Notes under the pieces: generated by a model
The model's input: the letters and a program-made list of their open reading frames with translations, nothing else
What the model was told of the DNA's origin: nothing
Database searches by the model: none
Assembly (NCBI GenBank): GCA_947623655.1
Contig: CANQHG010000007.1
Coordinates: 20,390 to 84,389, forward strand
From: an uncultured Clostridia bacterium
GTDB lineage: Bacteria > Bacillota > Clostridia > Christensenellales > Borkfalkiaceae
Reading direction: 5' to 3'
DNA: 64,000 bases
Shown: positions 1 through 10,258 of the stretch, in pieces
How positions within the stretch are numbered: the stretch's first letter is position 1
How the letters are laid out: every line of letters begins with the position of its first letter
Made by a program: the position numbers and the translations under genes

Positions 1-956
1 CGCAAAAAAAGCGAGTTTTTTCGCTCAAAGAAGAACGGGAAGAAACGGAAGACGGCATCACTCCCGTGCGGACAGGCTATCCGGGCGCATGGGTCAACAT
101 CATGTACGGCTGCAATAACTTCTGCTCTTACTGCATTGTCCCTTATGTGCGCGGGCGCGAGCGCTCGCGTCGCCCGGAAGAGATCGTAAACGAGGTGCGT
201 TCGCTCGCGGAGGCAGGGTACAGAGAGATAACACTTCTCGGACAGAATGTCAATTCCTACTACGGCGACGACGGCACTGCTTTTCCTGAACTTCTCGATA
301 AATGTGCAAGCGTTGAGGGAAACTTTCGTCTCCGCTTCATGACTTCTCATCCGAAAGATTTTTCCGAGGAACTCGTGAAAGTCATCAAAAAACACAAAAA
401 GATCTGCAGCTGCATCCATTTGCCCGTTCAGTCCGGGTCCAACCGCATTCTTTCTCTCATGAACCGACGGTATACGCGGGAGAAATACTTGGAAGAGATT
501 GCGCTTTTGCGAAAAGAGATTCCCGATTGCGCCGTAACGACGGATATCATCGTCGGTTTTCCCACGGAGACGGAAGAGGATTTTCAGGAGACGCTGTCCC
601 TCGTGAAAGAGGCCGGATTTGCCTCGGCCTTTATGTTCATATACTCTCCCCGCACGGGCACAAGGGCTGCAGTCATGGAAGGGCAGATCGCGGAAGAGAT
701 CTCAAAGGACAGGCTTTCAAGGCTCATCGACGCCGTTAATGAACAGACGAGAAATATCAGCGCGGGATACGTCGGGAAGACTGCGGAAATTCTCTGCGAA
801 GGGTATGACGAGAAGAAAAAGATGTATCTCGGCAGAGACGAATACGGCAGAATGGGCTATTTTGCCGATGATAGGGATAGGATCGGCGAGTTTGTAACGC
901 TCAGGATCGAGCATGCGAACGGCATTTCTTTATACGGAAGCGTCGTCGAAGAGTAA
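1..956 (+). CDS. miaB: tRNA methylthiotransferase MiaB (radical SAM), 5' end cut by window edge
   Basis: Frame is open from base 3. Has the radical-SAM motif [16 protein letters not shown] and a TRAM-like C-terminus. Lies upstream of mutS-mutL-miaA. Confidence 0.88.
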   Translation, partial: QKKRVFSLKEEREETEDGITPVRTGYPGAWVNIMYGCNNFCSYCIVPYVRGRERSRRPEEIVNEVRSLAEAGYREITLLGQNVNSYYGDDGTAFPELLDKCASVEGNFRLRFMTSHPKDFSEELVKVIKKHKKICSCIHLPVQSGSNRILSLMNRRYTREKYLEEIALLRKEIPDCAVTTDIIVGFPTETEEDFQETLSLVKEAGFASAFMFIYSPRTGTRAAVMEGQIAEEISKDRLSRLIDAVNEQTRNISAGYVGKTAEILCEGYDEKKKMYLGRDEYGRMGYFADDRDRIGEFVTLRIEHANGISLYGSVVEE

Positions 957-969
957 CGGAGGAGAACAA

Positions 970-3531
970 ATGGGACTTTCACCGATGATGGATCATTGGA
1001 AAAAGGTAAAGGAAGCCCACCCCGACTGCATCGTCTTTTACCGTTTGGGGGACTTTTATGAAATGTTTTTCGAGGACGCCGAAAAGGCAAGCAAGATCCT
1101 CGATCTGACCTTAACGGGAAGAGACTGCGGGCTCAAAGACCGTGCGCCCATGTGCGGCGTGCCGTTCCATGCCGCAGACGCCTACATTCAGAAGCTCGTG
1201 GAGGCGGGCGAAAAGGTCGCGATCTGTGAACAACTTTCCGATCCGAAGCAATCGAAAGGCATGGTCGACAGGGACGTCATTCGCGTCGTTACTGCAGGCA
1301 CGGTGACAGAGGAAAGTCTTCTCGACGAAAAAAAGAATAATTTCATCGCCTGTGCCTATAAGAAAAATAATAAATATGCCTTAGCATGGGCGGATATCAC
1401 GACGGGCGAGCTCAACTGTGCGGAACTTTCCGGTGCGGAAAAGTGCCTCTCGACGCTGATCAATCTTTCCGTTGCTGAGATCATCTGTAACGACGATTTC
1501 CTCTTTGAAACGAAAGACAGTGCAGAGGTGACAAGAGGGGCGCTTCCGCCGATCTCCTGTTATCTTCCGTATGCTTTTCACTATGTAAGTGCCGAAAAAA
1601 GCCTCAAAGATCAGCTCTCAGTCGCGTCTATGGACGCGTTGGGACTTGGCGGGCACGAAGAGGCGACGATCGCAGCAGGGGCGCTCATCGCTTATCTCCT
1701 CGAAACGCAGAAGCACGCGCTCAAGAACATCAATTCTCTCCGTTTTGCGGACAGTTCGGAGCACATGACCCTTGATCCGTCGGCGCTACGCAATCTCGAG
1801 ATTTTGAAGAACAACGGAGAGGGGAAGAAATACGGCTCTTTGCTGTGGCTTCTCGACAGAACAAAGACAGGAATGGGCGCGAGGAAGTTGGCTTCTCTGC
1901 TTCTCACTCCGCTCAAAAATATCGACAGGATCAATAAGCGGCTCGACGCCGTGGACGAACTTTATCGCGCGGGTGTCATACGTATGGGGCTTTCCGATAT
2001 GCTCGGCGCTATGCATGATATCGAGCGGCTCACGGGACGCATTTCCAACGGCAATCTGCAGCCGAGGGACTGTCTTGCGCTCTCTGCTTCCCTTGCCGTC
2101 GTGCCGAATATCAAATTTCAGCTCTCCGGGTTCAATTCCGCGCTTCTCTCTTCGGTCGCGAACCGTATGGCGGACACGACAGAGATCTGCGCCCTCATCA
2201 ACGGTGCGATTGCGCCCAGCGCTACGACGTTGAAAGAGGGAAGTTACATCAAAGAAGGGTATAACGAGCAGCTCGACGCGCTGCGGGACGTCAAGACGCG
2301 CAGTAAGGCTCTTCTGTCGGAACTTGAAGCAAGAGAGCGCGAACGTACGGGGATCAGAACGCTGAAAGTAGGTTATAACCGCGTCTTCGGCTACTATATC
2401 GAGGTGAGCAACTCTTTCAAAGACCGCGTGCCCTATTCCTATACGAGAAAACAGACTCTGACGACAGGGGAACGCTACATCAGCGACGAACTCAAAGAAC
2501 TCGAGACGAAGATCCTTGGAAGCGACGATCAGGCTCAACGGCTCGAAGAACATCTCTATCTGGAACTTCTCGGGATCCTCGAAAAAAATATTGTAGTTTT
2601 TCAAAAGATCGCGGGGGCGATCGCAGAGCTCGATGTTCTTGTCTCCTTTGCGACCGTCGCGAAAGAGAATAAATATACCCGTCCGCAACTCATACAAGAA
2701 GGGGCGCTCGAGATTGAAGAAGGGCGTCACCCCGTCGTAGAGGCGATCTCAAAGGAACGTTTTGTCCCGAACGACTGCGTTCTCGACACGGGAGAAAACC
2801 GTACGATGATCTTGACGGGGCCCAACATGGCGGGCAAGAGCACCTATCTGAGACAGAATGCGCTCATTGTCTTTTTGGCGCATGTGGGATGCTTTGTCCC
2901 TGCAAAGAGAGCGGTCGTGCCGCTCACGGACAGAATTTTTACCCGTATCGGCGCGAGCGACAATCTGATTCTCGACAGAAGTACGTTTATGGTCGAGATG
3001 ACGGAAGTAGCGAACATATTAAGAAACGCCACGGAGAAGAGTCTTTTGATCCTCGACGAAGTGGGACGGGGGACGAGCACGTTTGACGGACTTTCCATTG
3101 CGTGGGCAGTTATCGAGTATCTCACGCAGAATATCCGCGCGAAGACATTGTTTGCCACTCATTACCATGAACTTACCGAGCTCGAGGGAAAACTCGAGGG
3201 GGTAAAGAACTATAAAATCAGCGTCCGTGAGATCGCCGGGAGTATCGTCTTTTTGCGGAAGATCGTGCGCGGGGGCGCTTCGCGTTCCTTTGGCGTGGAA
3301 GTTGCGGCGCTTGCAGGCGTTCCCGAGGCCGTGACGGCGCGGGCGAAAGCCATTTTGCGTTCTCTCGAAAAGAAAGACAAGACCCGTGCCGAGACGCCGA
3401 TCGAAGAGGAAGAACCGATTGAAGAAGAACGTTTCAATTTCAGGGAAGAGCTCAGCGGACTCGACGTCAATATGCTTACGCCCATGCAGGCGCTTGCACT
3501 CATATCGGAATGGAAGGAGAAAATCAAATGA
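970..3531 (+). CDS. mutS: DNA mismatch repair protein MutS
   Basis: N-terminus MMDHWKKVKEAHPDCIVFYRLGDFYEMFFEDA, Walker A GPNMAGKSTYLRQ and DEVGRGTSTFDG. ATG at 970 follows GGAGGAG. The upstream part of the ORF overlaps the miaB end. Confidence 0.95.
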   Translation: MGLSPMMDHWKKVKEAHPDCIVFYRLGDFYEMFFEDAEKASKILDLTLTGRDCGLKDRAPMCGVPFHAADAYIQKLVEAGEKVAICEQLSDPKQSKGMVDRDVIRVVTAGTVTEESLLDEKKNNFIACAYKKNNKYALAWADITTGELNCAELSGAEKCLSTLINLSVAEIICNDDFLFETKDSAEVTRGALPPISCYLPYAFHYVSAEKSLKDQLSVASMDALGLGGHEEATIAAGALIAYLLETQKHALKNINSLRFADSSEHMTLDPSALRNLEILKNNGEGKKYGSLLWLLDRTKTGMGARKLASLLLTPLKNIDRINKRLDAVDELYRAGVIRMGLSDMLGAMHDIERLTGRISNGNLQPRDCLALSASLAVVPNIKFQLSGFNSALLSSVANRMADTTEICALINGAIAPSATTLKEGSYIKEGYNEQLDALRDVKTRSKALLSELEARERERTGIRTLKVGYNRVFGYYIEVSNSFKDRVPYSYTRKQTLTTGERYISDELKELETKILGSDDQAQRLEEHLYLELLGILEKNIVVFQKIAGAIAELDVLVSFATVAKENKYTRPQLIQEGALEIEEGRHPVVEAISKERFVPNDCVLDTGENRTMILTGPNMAGKSTYLRQNALIVFLAHVGCFVPAKRAVVPLTDRIFTRIGASDNLILDRSTFMVEMTEVANILRNATEKSLLILDEVGRGTSTFDGLSIAWAVIEYLTQNIRAKTLFATHYHELTELEGKLEGVKNYKISVREIAGSIVFLRKIVRGGASRSFGVEVAALAGVPEAVTARAKAILRSLEKKDKTRAETPIEEEEPIEEERFNFREELSGLDVNMLTPMQALALISEWKEKIK

Positions 3532-5411
3532 GTATCAATATATTGACTCCCGACGTCTATAACCGTATCGCTGCGGGTGAAGTGGTCGACAGGCCCTATT
3601 CGGTCGTAAAAGAACTCGTTGAAAATGCCATAGACGCCGGCGCCACCGAGATCACAGTGGAAATCGAGGGCGGCGGGAAACAAAAGATCCGCGTTGTTGA
3701 CAATGGTTGCGGTATCGAAAAAGACGAACTCAAAAAGGCTTACCAACCCCATGCGACGAGTAAACTTGCGGACGCGGAAGATCTTTTTACGGTCTCAACG
3801 CTCGGTTTTCGCGGAGAAGCCATCGCCTCGATTGCGTCCGTTTCCCGCATGAGTATCACTTCCGATGTGGGACAGGGCGCATATGCGCTCTCCTGTGAAG
3901 GCGGAGTGCTGGGCGAAGTTTATTCCGCAGCCGGTGCGCGCGGCACGGAAGTTGTTGTGAGCGACCTCTTCTACAATACGCCTGCTCGCCTGAAATTTTT
4001 AAAAACGGACAGCCAGGAGGAGGGCGACGTCACCAATATGATGGCGAGGTTTATTTTGTCCCGCCCCGAAATATCCTTTCTCTATACGGCAAACGGAAAA
4101 GTCAAATTCCGTTCTTTGGGCGAGGGGCTTCCTTCCGCGATCACGGTCGTCTACGGGGCTTCCACGCTCGAAAACTGTCTTGAGATCGCCGCGGATAAGC
4201 ATGGTATCGTATTGCACGGGTTTATCGGCAACAGAAATTTCTCAAAACCGAACAGGACTTATCAGAGCTTATTCGTCAACGGACGGTACGTTGTCAACCA
4301 AACGGTCGCGGCAGCGGTTACAAATGCCTACGCCGCGTATCTCATGAAGCGGCAATATCCGTTTTACGTTCTTTTCCTCGATGTTCCGCAGGAGATCGTG
4401 GACGTAAATGTGCACCCCAATAAGGCGGACGTCAGATTTCAAGACAACCAGATCATTTATGGAAGCGTGTACGCCGTCATTTCTTCCGTGCTCGACGGTA
4501 ATTCGCGCGCCGTGGAATATCTCGTCGGCGTCAAGGAAGAGCTGCAAAAAGAAGAGGCTGCGAGGTCTTCTGCTGTTCAAACGGCACATGCCGCGCCGCA
4601 AACAGTTGCATCTCAGCCCATGATGACATATGAAGAGGCGAAAAAAGAGCTTGAATTCGATGTCTCTCCCAATAAAAACGCGCCTTCCGAGCCGAGATTT
4701 TATATTCCGGATCCCGTCCGCTATGAAGTTCATGCGCCGTCTGCCTCCGTGGCCATAGAGAAACGGGAAGACGTCTTTGCCGAAAATCAAAGACTTCTGA
4801 GGGAGAAAGAAAGGGCAAAACAAGAGCATGTGGATGTAAAAAGTTTGACTTTCAAAGGAGAACTTTTTCACACATACCTCTTTTATGAGGCAGGGGACGA
4901 AGCTTTCATTGTTGACCAGCATGCGGCGCACGAGCGGCTCATCTACGACAGATTGCAGGAAAAGCTTGCTTCCCGCACGGTGATCTCTCAACCCATGCTC
5001 GTCCCGTATCTTTTGGATGTAAATGCGGCGGAATTTGCTTTTTTAACAAAGAATTTTCAAATTTTGAGGGAAATGGGCTTTGAGATCGATGAATTCGGCA
5101 GCGGCTGTGTAAAAGTTTCCGCAGTACCGACGGAACTCATGGACATCGATCTGAATGCCTTTTTCGGCGAAGTATTGGCGTCGATGGAGTCGTTGCGGGC
5201 GATCAGACTTTCAGATTTGCTCAAAGACAAGCTTGCTTCTGCGGCTTGTAAAGCCGCAGTAAAGGGCGGGGAATTTCTGACTGATGCAGAGGCAAAAAAA
5301 CTTTTGGAACGTATGGACGGGGATATGGGACTCAAATGTCCGCATGGCAGACCCGTTGCCGTTAAAGTGAAGCGAAGCGAAATGGAGAAGCTTTTTAAGC
5401 GCATCGTATGA
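3528..5411 (+). CDS. mutL: DNA mismatch repair protein MutL
   Basis: GHKL ATPase N-terminus IAAGEVVDRPYSVVKELVENAIDAG and DNGCGI. C-terminal dimerisation domain with CPHGRP. ATG at 3528 follows GGAAGGAG. Confidence 0.94.
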   Translation: MSINILTPDVYNRIAAGEVVDRPYSVVKELVENAIDAGATEITVEIEGGGKQKIRVVDNGCGIEKDELKKAYQPHATSKLADAEDLFTVSTLGFRGEAIASIASVSRMSITSDVGQGAYALSCEGGVLGEVYSAAGARGTEVVVSDLFYNTPARLKFLKTDSQEEGDVTNMMARFILSRPEISFLYTANGKVKFRSLGEGLPSAITVVYGASTLENCLEIAADKHGIVLHGFIGNRNFSKPNRTYQSLFVNGRYVVNQTVAAAVTNAYAAYLMKRQYPFYVLFLDVPQEIVDVNVHPNKADVRFQDNQIIYGSVYAVISSVLDGNSRAVEYLVGVKEELQKEEAARSSAVQTAHAAPQTVASQPMMTYEEAKKELEFDVSPNKNAPSEPRFYIPDPVRYEVHAPSASVAIEKREDVFAENQRLLREKERAKQEHVDVKSLTFKGELFHTYLFYEAGDEAFIVDQHAAHERLIYDRLQEKLASRTVISQPMLVPYLLDVNAAEFAFLTKNFQILREMGFEIDEFGSGCVKVSAVPTELMDIDLNAFFGEVLASMESLRAIRLSDLLKDKLASAACKAAVKGGEFLTDAEAKKLLERMDGDMGLKCPHGRPVAVKVKRSEMEKLFKRIV

Positions 5412-6319
5412 AAAAAATGCTTGTCATCTGCGGGCCGACCGCCTCGGGAAAGAGCGCTCTTGCGGTGGAGTGCGCCCGTCTTTTAAACGGCGAAATCGTC
5501 TCATGCGACGCACTTTTGGTCTACAGAGGGCTCAATATCGGCACCGCCAAGCCGACAGAAGAGGAAAAAAAGGGCATTCCGCACCATATGATCGACGTTA
5601 TCGATCCAACGGGCTCTTTTTCCGTCAGCGATTTTGAGCGGCAGGCGGTCCCTATCGTCGACGATATTTTTGCAAGAGGAAAGACGCCGATTCTCTGCGG
5701 CGGCACGGGATTTTATATCAATTCCATTCTCTACGCGCATGCGTTCGGCAATGCGCCCGCGGACAGCGCCGTGCGGGAGAAGTACGAAAAAATCGCCCGA
5801 GAAGAGGGGAAAGAAACACTTCATGCTCTCCTTGAAAAAGTCGACAGAGAGAGCGCGGAAAAGCTTCACAGTAACGATGTAAAACGCGTTGTGCGCGCGC
5901 TTGAAATTTATGAGTTGACAGGAAGAAAGAAGTCTGAACAGACGGACGGCAGTACGCCGCGCTATCCCTTTGAAGCCTTTGAATTTTTATATCCCCGCGA
6001 AGAGTTATACCGTCGCATTGAGGCGCGCGTCGATAAAATGTTTGCATGCGGGCTCGTTGATGAAGTTGAAAATCTTTTACAAAATGGCGTTTCCGAGGAT
6101 GCACAGTGCATGCAAGGGATTGGGTATAAAGAAGTCGTGGATGGCCTGAAAAATGGGTATTTGCATAGTACTATGTCAGACATAATAAAGAAAAATACCC
6201 GTAATTATGCGAAAAGACAGATAACTTTCTTTAAAAAAATGGAAAATCTACACGAAATTACGCCGTGCGAAGTCGAGTCGGCGGCAAGAGAGGTTGTTAA
6301 AATATATGAATGTAAATGA
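5408..6319 (+). CDS. miaA: tRNA dimethylallyltransferase MiaA
   Basis: P-loop ICGPTASGKSALAV, GGTGFY and TRNYAKRQITFF. ATGA overlap with the mutL stop. Confidence 0.93.
   Translation: MKKMLVICGPTASGKSALAVECARLLNGEIVSCDALLVYRGLNIGTAKPTEEEKKGIPHHMIDVIDPTGSFSVSDFERQAVPIVDDIFARGKTPILCGGTGFYINSILYAHAFGNAPADSAVREKYEKIAREEGKETLHALLEKVDRESAEKLHSNDVKRVVRALEIYELTGRKKSEQTDGSTPRYPFEAFEFLYPREELYRRIEARVDKMFACGLVDEVENLLQNGVSEDAQCMQGIGYKEVVDGLKNGYLHSTMSDIIKKNTRNYAKRQITFFKKMENLHEITPCEVESAAREVVKIYECK
6160..6187 (+). repeat. Dispersed palindromic motif, copy A (TTTGCATAGTACTATGTCAGACATAATA), inside miaA
   Basis: Read directly. Shares 16 identical nt with copies D and E, and 25 nt (1 mismatch) with copy C. Translated in the miaA frame as LHSTMSDII. 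Confidence 0.9.
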
Positions 6320-7529
6320 AATTATTTCCAATGCGGAAGCCGATTTAAAGGAACCTTTCCGTATGATTGACGAGGTTGCACTGTTCAATCAGGAAAAAGT
6401 TTTGAACGCGTTTCGTGAAGCGCGGATCGCGCTTCGTCATTTCTCCCCGTCGACGGGTTACGGCTACGGCGATGAGGGAAGAGAGGCTCTCGGAGACGTC
6501 TATGCGCATACGTTCGGCGCCGAACGTGCCATTGTCTCACCCGCGCTTCTTTCTGGAACGCATGCGCTTACGGTCGCTCTCTTTGGCGTTCTTCGCCCGG
6601 GAATGCGGATTTTATTTGTGACGGGAGCTCCCTACGATACGATTCGTCCCGTCATTTGGGGAGAGGGAAACGGTTCGCTTGGGGATTTCGGCGTGTCCTT
6701 TAACATTGTGTCTTTAACAAAAAGCGGGAAAATCGACCTCAAAAATGTCGCCGCTCATTTTGAGATGCGGCACTATGATATGATTTATGTCCAGCGTTCT
6801 CGCGGTTACGAGCTACGCGACGCTTTTACGGTTGAAGAAATCGGAAAACTTTGCAAATTTGTCCGTTCACACGGCTTTGAAGGTTGCATTTTTGTCGATA
6901 ACTGTTATGGCGAGTTTGTCGAAGAGACAGAACCGACCGAGGTCGGCGCCGATCTCATGGTCGGTAGTCTCATTAAGAATCCCGGAGGCGGGCTCGCTCC
7001 CACGGGCGGTTATATTGCAGGAAGAAAAAAGTATATTGAATTATGCGAAAACCGCTTGACTGCGCCGTCCGTAGGAGGGGAGATCGGGTCGTATGCCTAC
7101 GGCTATCAACCCTTTTTTCAAGGATTTTTCCTCGCGCCGCATGTCGTTGCACAGGCGCTCAAGGGCGGCCTTCTCATCGGAAAGTGTATGGAAATTCTCG
7201 GCTACAAAAATTTCCCGGCGACGGACAGGCCGCTTGCGGATATCACCCGTGCTATCCGTTTCAACACCGAAGAGGAGCTTTGCGCTTTTATCCAGTCTGT
7301 ACAAGACGTGTCTCCCGTCGATTCTTTCGTAAAACTGGAACCGTGGGATATGCCGGGGTACGACGATAAAGTCATTATGGCAGCGGGGACCTTTGTGGCG
7401 GGGGCGAGCATCGAACTCTCCGCCGACGCCCCCATTCGTAAACCCTACACCGCCTATTTTCAGGGTGGATTGACCTATGAGCACTGCAAGCTCGCCTGCC
7501 GCGCCGTGCTCGAAAAACTGATTCAATGA
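6306..7529 (+). CDS. Aluminium-resistance/YnbB-like PLP-dependent enzyme (Cys/Met metabolism family)
   Basis: Sequence STGYGYGDEGREALGDVYAHTFGAERAIV and a size of about 407 aa fit the YnbB-type family that often follows miaA(-hfq) in Firmicutes. The start could instead be TTG at 6294. Confidence 0.75.
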   Translation: MNVNEIISNAEADLKEPFRMIDEVALFNQEKVLNAFREARIALRHFSPSTGYGYGDEGREALGDVYAHTFGAERAIVSPALLSGTHALTVALFGVLRPGMRILFVTGAPYDTIRPVIWGEGNGSLGDFGVSFNIVSLTKSGKIDLKNVAAHFEMRHYDMIYVQRSRGYELRDAFTVEEIGKLCKFVRSHGFEGCIFVDNCYGEFVEETEPTEVGADLMVGSLIKNPGGGLAPTGGYIAGRKKYIELCENRLTAPSVGGEIGSYAYGYQPFFQGFFLAPHVVAQALKGGLLIGKCMEILGYKNFPATDRPLADITRAIRFNTEEELCAFIQSVQDVSPVDSFVKLEPWDMPGYDDKVIMAAGTFVAGASIELSADAPIRKPYTAYFQGGLTYEHCKLACRAVLEKLIQ

Positions 7530-7541
7530 TGTATGAAGTTA

Positions 7542-7581
7542 AAAAACAGCTCTTCCGAGGGAACGGAGGAGCTGTTTTTGT
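7542..7581. terminator. Bidirectional rho-independent terminator between convergent genes
   Basis: Stem AACAGCTCTTCCG / CGGAGGAGCTGTT with A-run and T-run flanks, between the YnbB-like gene end and the upp end. Confidence 0.65.
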
Positions 7582-7588
7582 ATCCATT

Positions 7589-8218
7589 TTATTTTGTTCC
7601 GAATAATCTGTCGCCTGCGTCGCCGAGACCGGGGAGAATATAGCCGTTTTCATTCAAGCATCGATCGAGGGTGGAGACGTAGATCTGCACGTCGGGATGT
7701 TCACGCGCCACTTTGTTGACCCCTTCGGGCGCGCCGATGATGGACATTAACTTGATATGTTTGCAACCGCGCTTTTTGAGCGCCGTAAGCGCGTCGCAGG
7801 CGGAACCGCCCGTCGCAAGCATGGGGTCGACAAGGAGAACCATTTTCTCTTGTATTCCCTCGGGCAATTTGCAGTAATATTCTTGCGGCTGAAGCGTCTT
7901 TTCGTCGCGGTACATGCCGATGTGGCCGACTTTTGCATTCGGGAAAACTTTATGTACGCCGCTCACCATGCCGAGTCCCGCGCGAAGTATGGGAACAATG
8001 GCGACACTTCCCTCGGGAACGCGGTATTGCCTTGTGACTTCGAGAGGGGTCTCCACGTCTACGGGCGCGAGCTCAACGTCGCGCATGCTCTCATATGTCA
8101 TGATGATCGTGATCTCTTCCACAAGTTCGCGGAACTCTTTCATGCCCGTGCTCTTGTCGCGCAATATGGCGATCTTGTGGTTGATCAAGGGGTGATCGAA
8201 GATAAAGACATTATTCAT
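7589..8218 (-). CDS. upp: Uracil phosphoribosyltransferase
   Basis: [33 protein letters not shown] and [12 protein letters not shown]. 209 aa from the internal ATG preceded by GAGGAAAA. The longer ORF extension is AT-rich leader. Confidence 0.93.
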   Translation of the reverse strand: MNNVFIFDHPLINHKIAILRDKSTGMKEFRELVEEITIIMTYESMRDVELAPVDVETPLEVTRQYRVPEGSVAIVPILRAGLGMVSGVHKVFPNAKVGHIGMYRDEKTLQPQEYYCKLPEGIQEKMVLLVDPMLATGGSACDALTALKKRGCKHIKLMSIIGAPEGVNKVAREHPDVQIYVSTLDRCLNENGYILPGLGDAGDRLFGTK

Positions 8219-8336
8219 ATCAGTTTTCCTCACAGTTCGGAAATAATCCTTGTCTATCATAGCATAAAAATCCCGATAATACAAGGTCATACAGACAAAA
8301 ATCCAAAAAAATTTAAAAAAATCGTTTCCGAAACTC

Positions 8337-8386
8337 TTGACAAAGGCCGTGGGCCGTGTTATCATGATGATATCAAAATGATATCA
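8337..8386 (+). promoter_or_regulatory. Sigma-A-like promoter plus two tandem TGATATCA palindromes upstream of the SPFH gene
   Basis: TTGACA (8337-8342), 17 nt spacer, TATCAT (8360-8365). TGATATCA occurs at 8368-8375 and 8379-8386 (11-bp period) around the expected +1. Confidence 0.45.
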
Positions 8387-8398
8387 CAATCGGAGGAT

Positions 8399-9361
8399 AT
8401 GAAAATGGAAGAAAACAAAGCCGTAAGGCCCTTGAACATCGTGGACGAACGTCCGGCAAAACACGCCAACGGCTGGGTGATGCTGTTTGTGATCTTCGGC
8501 ATGATCGTTGCGGGTATTGCAATGTTTGCCCTCGGCATCGTGTTCGGCGTCGATAAAGAAAACGCTGCGCTGATTGCTCTTGCGCCTGTCGGGATCCTGA
8601 CGTTGGTTGCGACGATCTTTATGACGTTCGGCTTCAAGCTTCTTCAACCCAACGAAGCCTATGTTTTGACGCTTTTCGGTAAATATTACGGTACACTCAA
8701 GACGGACGGCTTCTTTTGGACAAACCCGTTCTGTGCTGCCGTCAATCCCGCAAGGGCGATCGCGGGTATCTCGCGCAAGCTCTCTTTGAAAGCGATGACG
8801 CTCAATAACGACAAACAGAAAGTCAACGATGAGGACGGAAATCCCATTGAGATCTCCGTTGTCGTCATCTGGCGTATCACAAATACCGCGCGGGCAGTTT
8901 TTAATGTGGAAAATTATATGTCTTATATTTCCACGCAGTGCGACGCGGCGATCCGTCAGGTCGCGAGGCAGTATCCCTACGACGTTTCCACGAATGGGGA
9001 CGAAAATTCTCTTCGCGGCAGTGCGCAGGAGATCGCGGCAATTCTTCGCGAGGAGCTTCAGCAGCGTGTAGACATCGCGGGCATCGAAATCATTGAGGCA
9101 CGCATTTCTCACCTTGCCTATGCGCCCGAGATCGCGGCGGCGATGTTGCAACGCCAACAGGCTTCCGCCATCATTGCCGCACGGCAGAAGATCGTGGAAG
9201 GCGCCGTCTCCATGGTACAGATGGCTCTCAACAAGCTGTCTGAGGAGCAGATCGTCGAACTCGACGACGAGAGAAAGGCACAGATGGTCTCTAATCTTCT
9301 CGTCGTGCTCTGCGGCAACCGTGACGCCCAGCCCGTTGTGGGTACAGGATCGATCTACTAA
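8399..9361 (+). CDS. SPFH/band 7 domain membrane protein
   Basis: N-terminal TM helices, then a stomatin/prohibitin-like core ([32 protein letters not shown]). ATG at 8399 follows GGAGGA. Confidence 0.82.
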   Translation: MKMEENKAVRPLNIVDERPAKHANGWVMLFVIFGMIVAGIAMFALGIVFGVDKENAALIALAPVGILTLVATIFMTFGFKLLQPNEAYVLTLFGKYYGTLKTDGFFWTNPFCAAVNPARAIAGISRKLSLKAMTLNNDKQKVNDEDGNPIEISVVVIWRITNTARAVFNVENYMSYISTQCDAAIRQVARQYPYDVSTNGDENSLRGSAQEIAAILREELQQRVDIAGIEIIEARISHLAYAPEIAAAMLQRQQASAIIAARQKIVEGAVSMVQMALNKLSEEQIVELDDERKAQMVSNLLVVLCGNRDAQPVVGTGSIY

Positions 9362-9369
9362 ATCGTGTT

Positions 9370-10245
9370 ATGAAAAATCTCTTTGGTTTTTTGATCAAGG
9401 ACAAGAATGTTTGGCCTTTGCCCGAGCCCGACGGGAGCGAGTTCATCGTCAAGCGCGCCGAGGAAGAGGTGAAACTGCGTCTTTCCGCCATGGATCGCGA
9501 GGATGACACCATTCAAAAGGCGGCGAATTTTCCGCCTTGGCTGACTCATCTCTTCGGGATCATGCTGATGTGCGGCGCATTGCTTTTCGTCGTTGCCATC
9601 GAACTTTTGGGAGAGGATGAGATGGACTATGAGTTTGCCGTCTCATGCGGATTTTGGTACTTCATCGGCTTCGGTGGGGGGCTCACGCTGATTTCCGCCC
9701 TTTTCTTTCTTATCCAAACAATTAAGAGGAAGTCCGTGCTGAATTCCTCTGCCGTCAAAGAGCATGAGAACAGGTACGAAAAGATCAAAAGGGAAGCGCT
9801 TGAAAGCATGCTCGTGCCGCAAGGCGCCGTTCCCGTGGATGTACTTTCCTATCCGTACAGGATCAGAAACGGAAAGCGCAAGGGCGTCATGACCGATGTT
9901 TTTGCGAATCTTCCGCTCTACGCTTTCCGCGACGGGGAAGCGTTCTGCCTTGCCGACGACACCTATGTTGTCCGAATACCTTATGAGAGCGTTGTTTCTC
10001 TGTCTTGCGTCCGTAAGCGGACGATGTTCATTGGATGGAATAAGGGGGAGAAATTCAATAAAGGTGCGTTCAAGTCCTTTAAGATCCGTTGCAACAGCTA
10101 TGGACAGCTGTTTGTAAAGCCGTTTTACCGCTTGGAAATCAGGGGCAGCGAGACGTTTGAAATTCTCTTTCCGCCCTATGAATTTGAAACGCTTGCACCC
10201 ATGCTCGGTTATAAGGCACTGGTCGTGATCGATGTGAAAAAATAA
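9370..10245 (+). CDS. Hypothetical membrane protein (2 TM helices plus a C-terminal soluble domain)
   Basis: ORF begins 9 nt after the SPFH stop. Hydrophobic helices LFGIMLMCGALLFVVAI and FWYFIGFGGGLTLISALFFLI. No family recognised. Confidence 0.55.
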   Translation: MKNLFGFLIKDKNVWPLPEPDGSEFIVKRAEEEVKLRLSAMDREDDTIQKAANFPPWLTHLFGIMLMCGALLFVVAIELLGEDEMDYEFAVSCGFWYFIGFGGGLTLISALFFLIQTIKRKSVLNSSAVKEHENRYEKIKREALESMLVPQGAVPVDVLSYPYRIRNGKRKGVMTDVFANLPLYAFRDGEAFCLADDTYVVRIPYESVVSLSCVRKRTMFIGWNKGEKFNKGAFKSFKIRCNSYGQLFVKPFYRLEIRGSETFEILFPPYEFETLAPMLGYKALVVIDVKK

Positions 10246-10258
10246 AAGAGAGGTTGTT

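Noticed and set aside
1786-2730. 314-aa ORF antisense to mutS
   Set aside because: It lies entirely inside a strongly supported gene on the opposite strand. It has no SD and no recognisable family, and is a typical shadow ORF.
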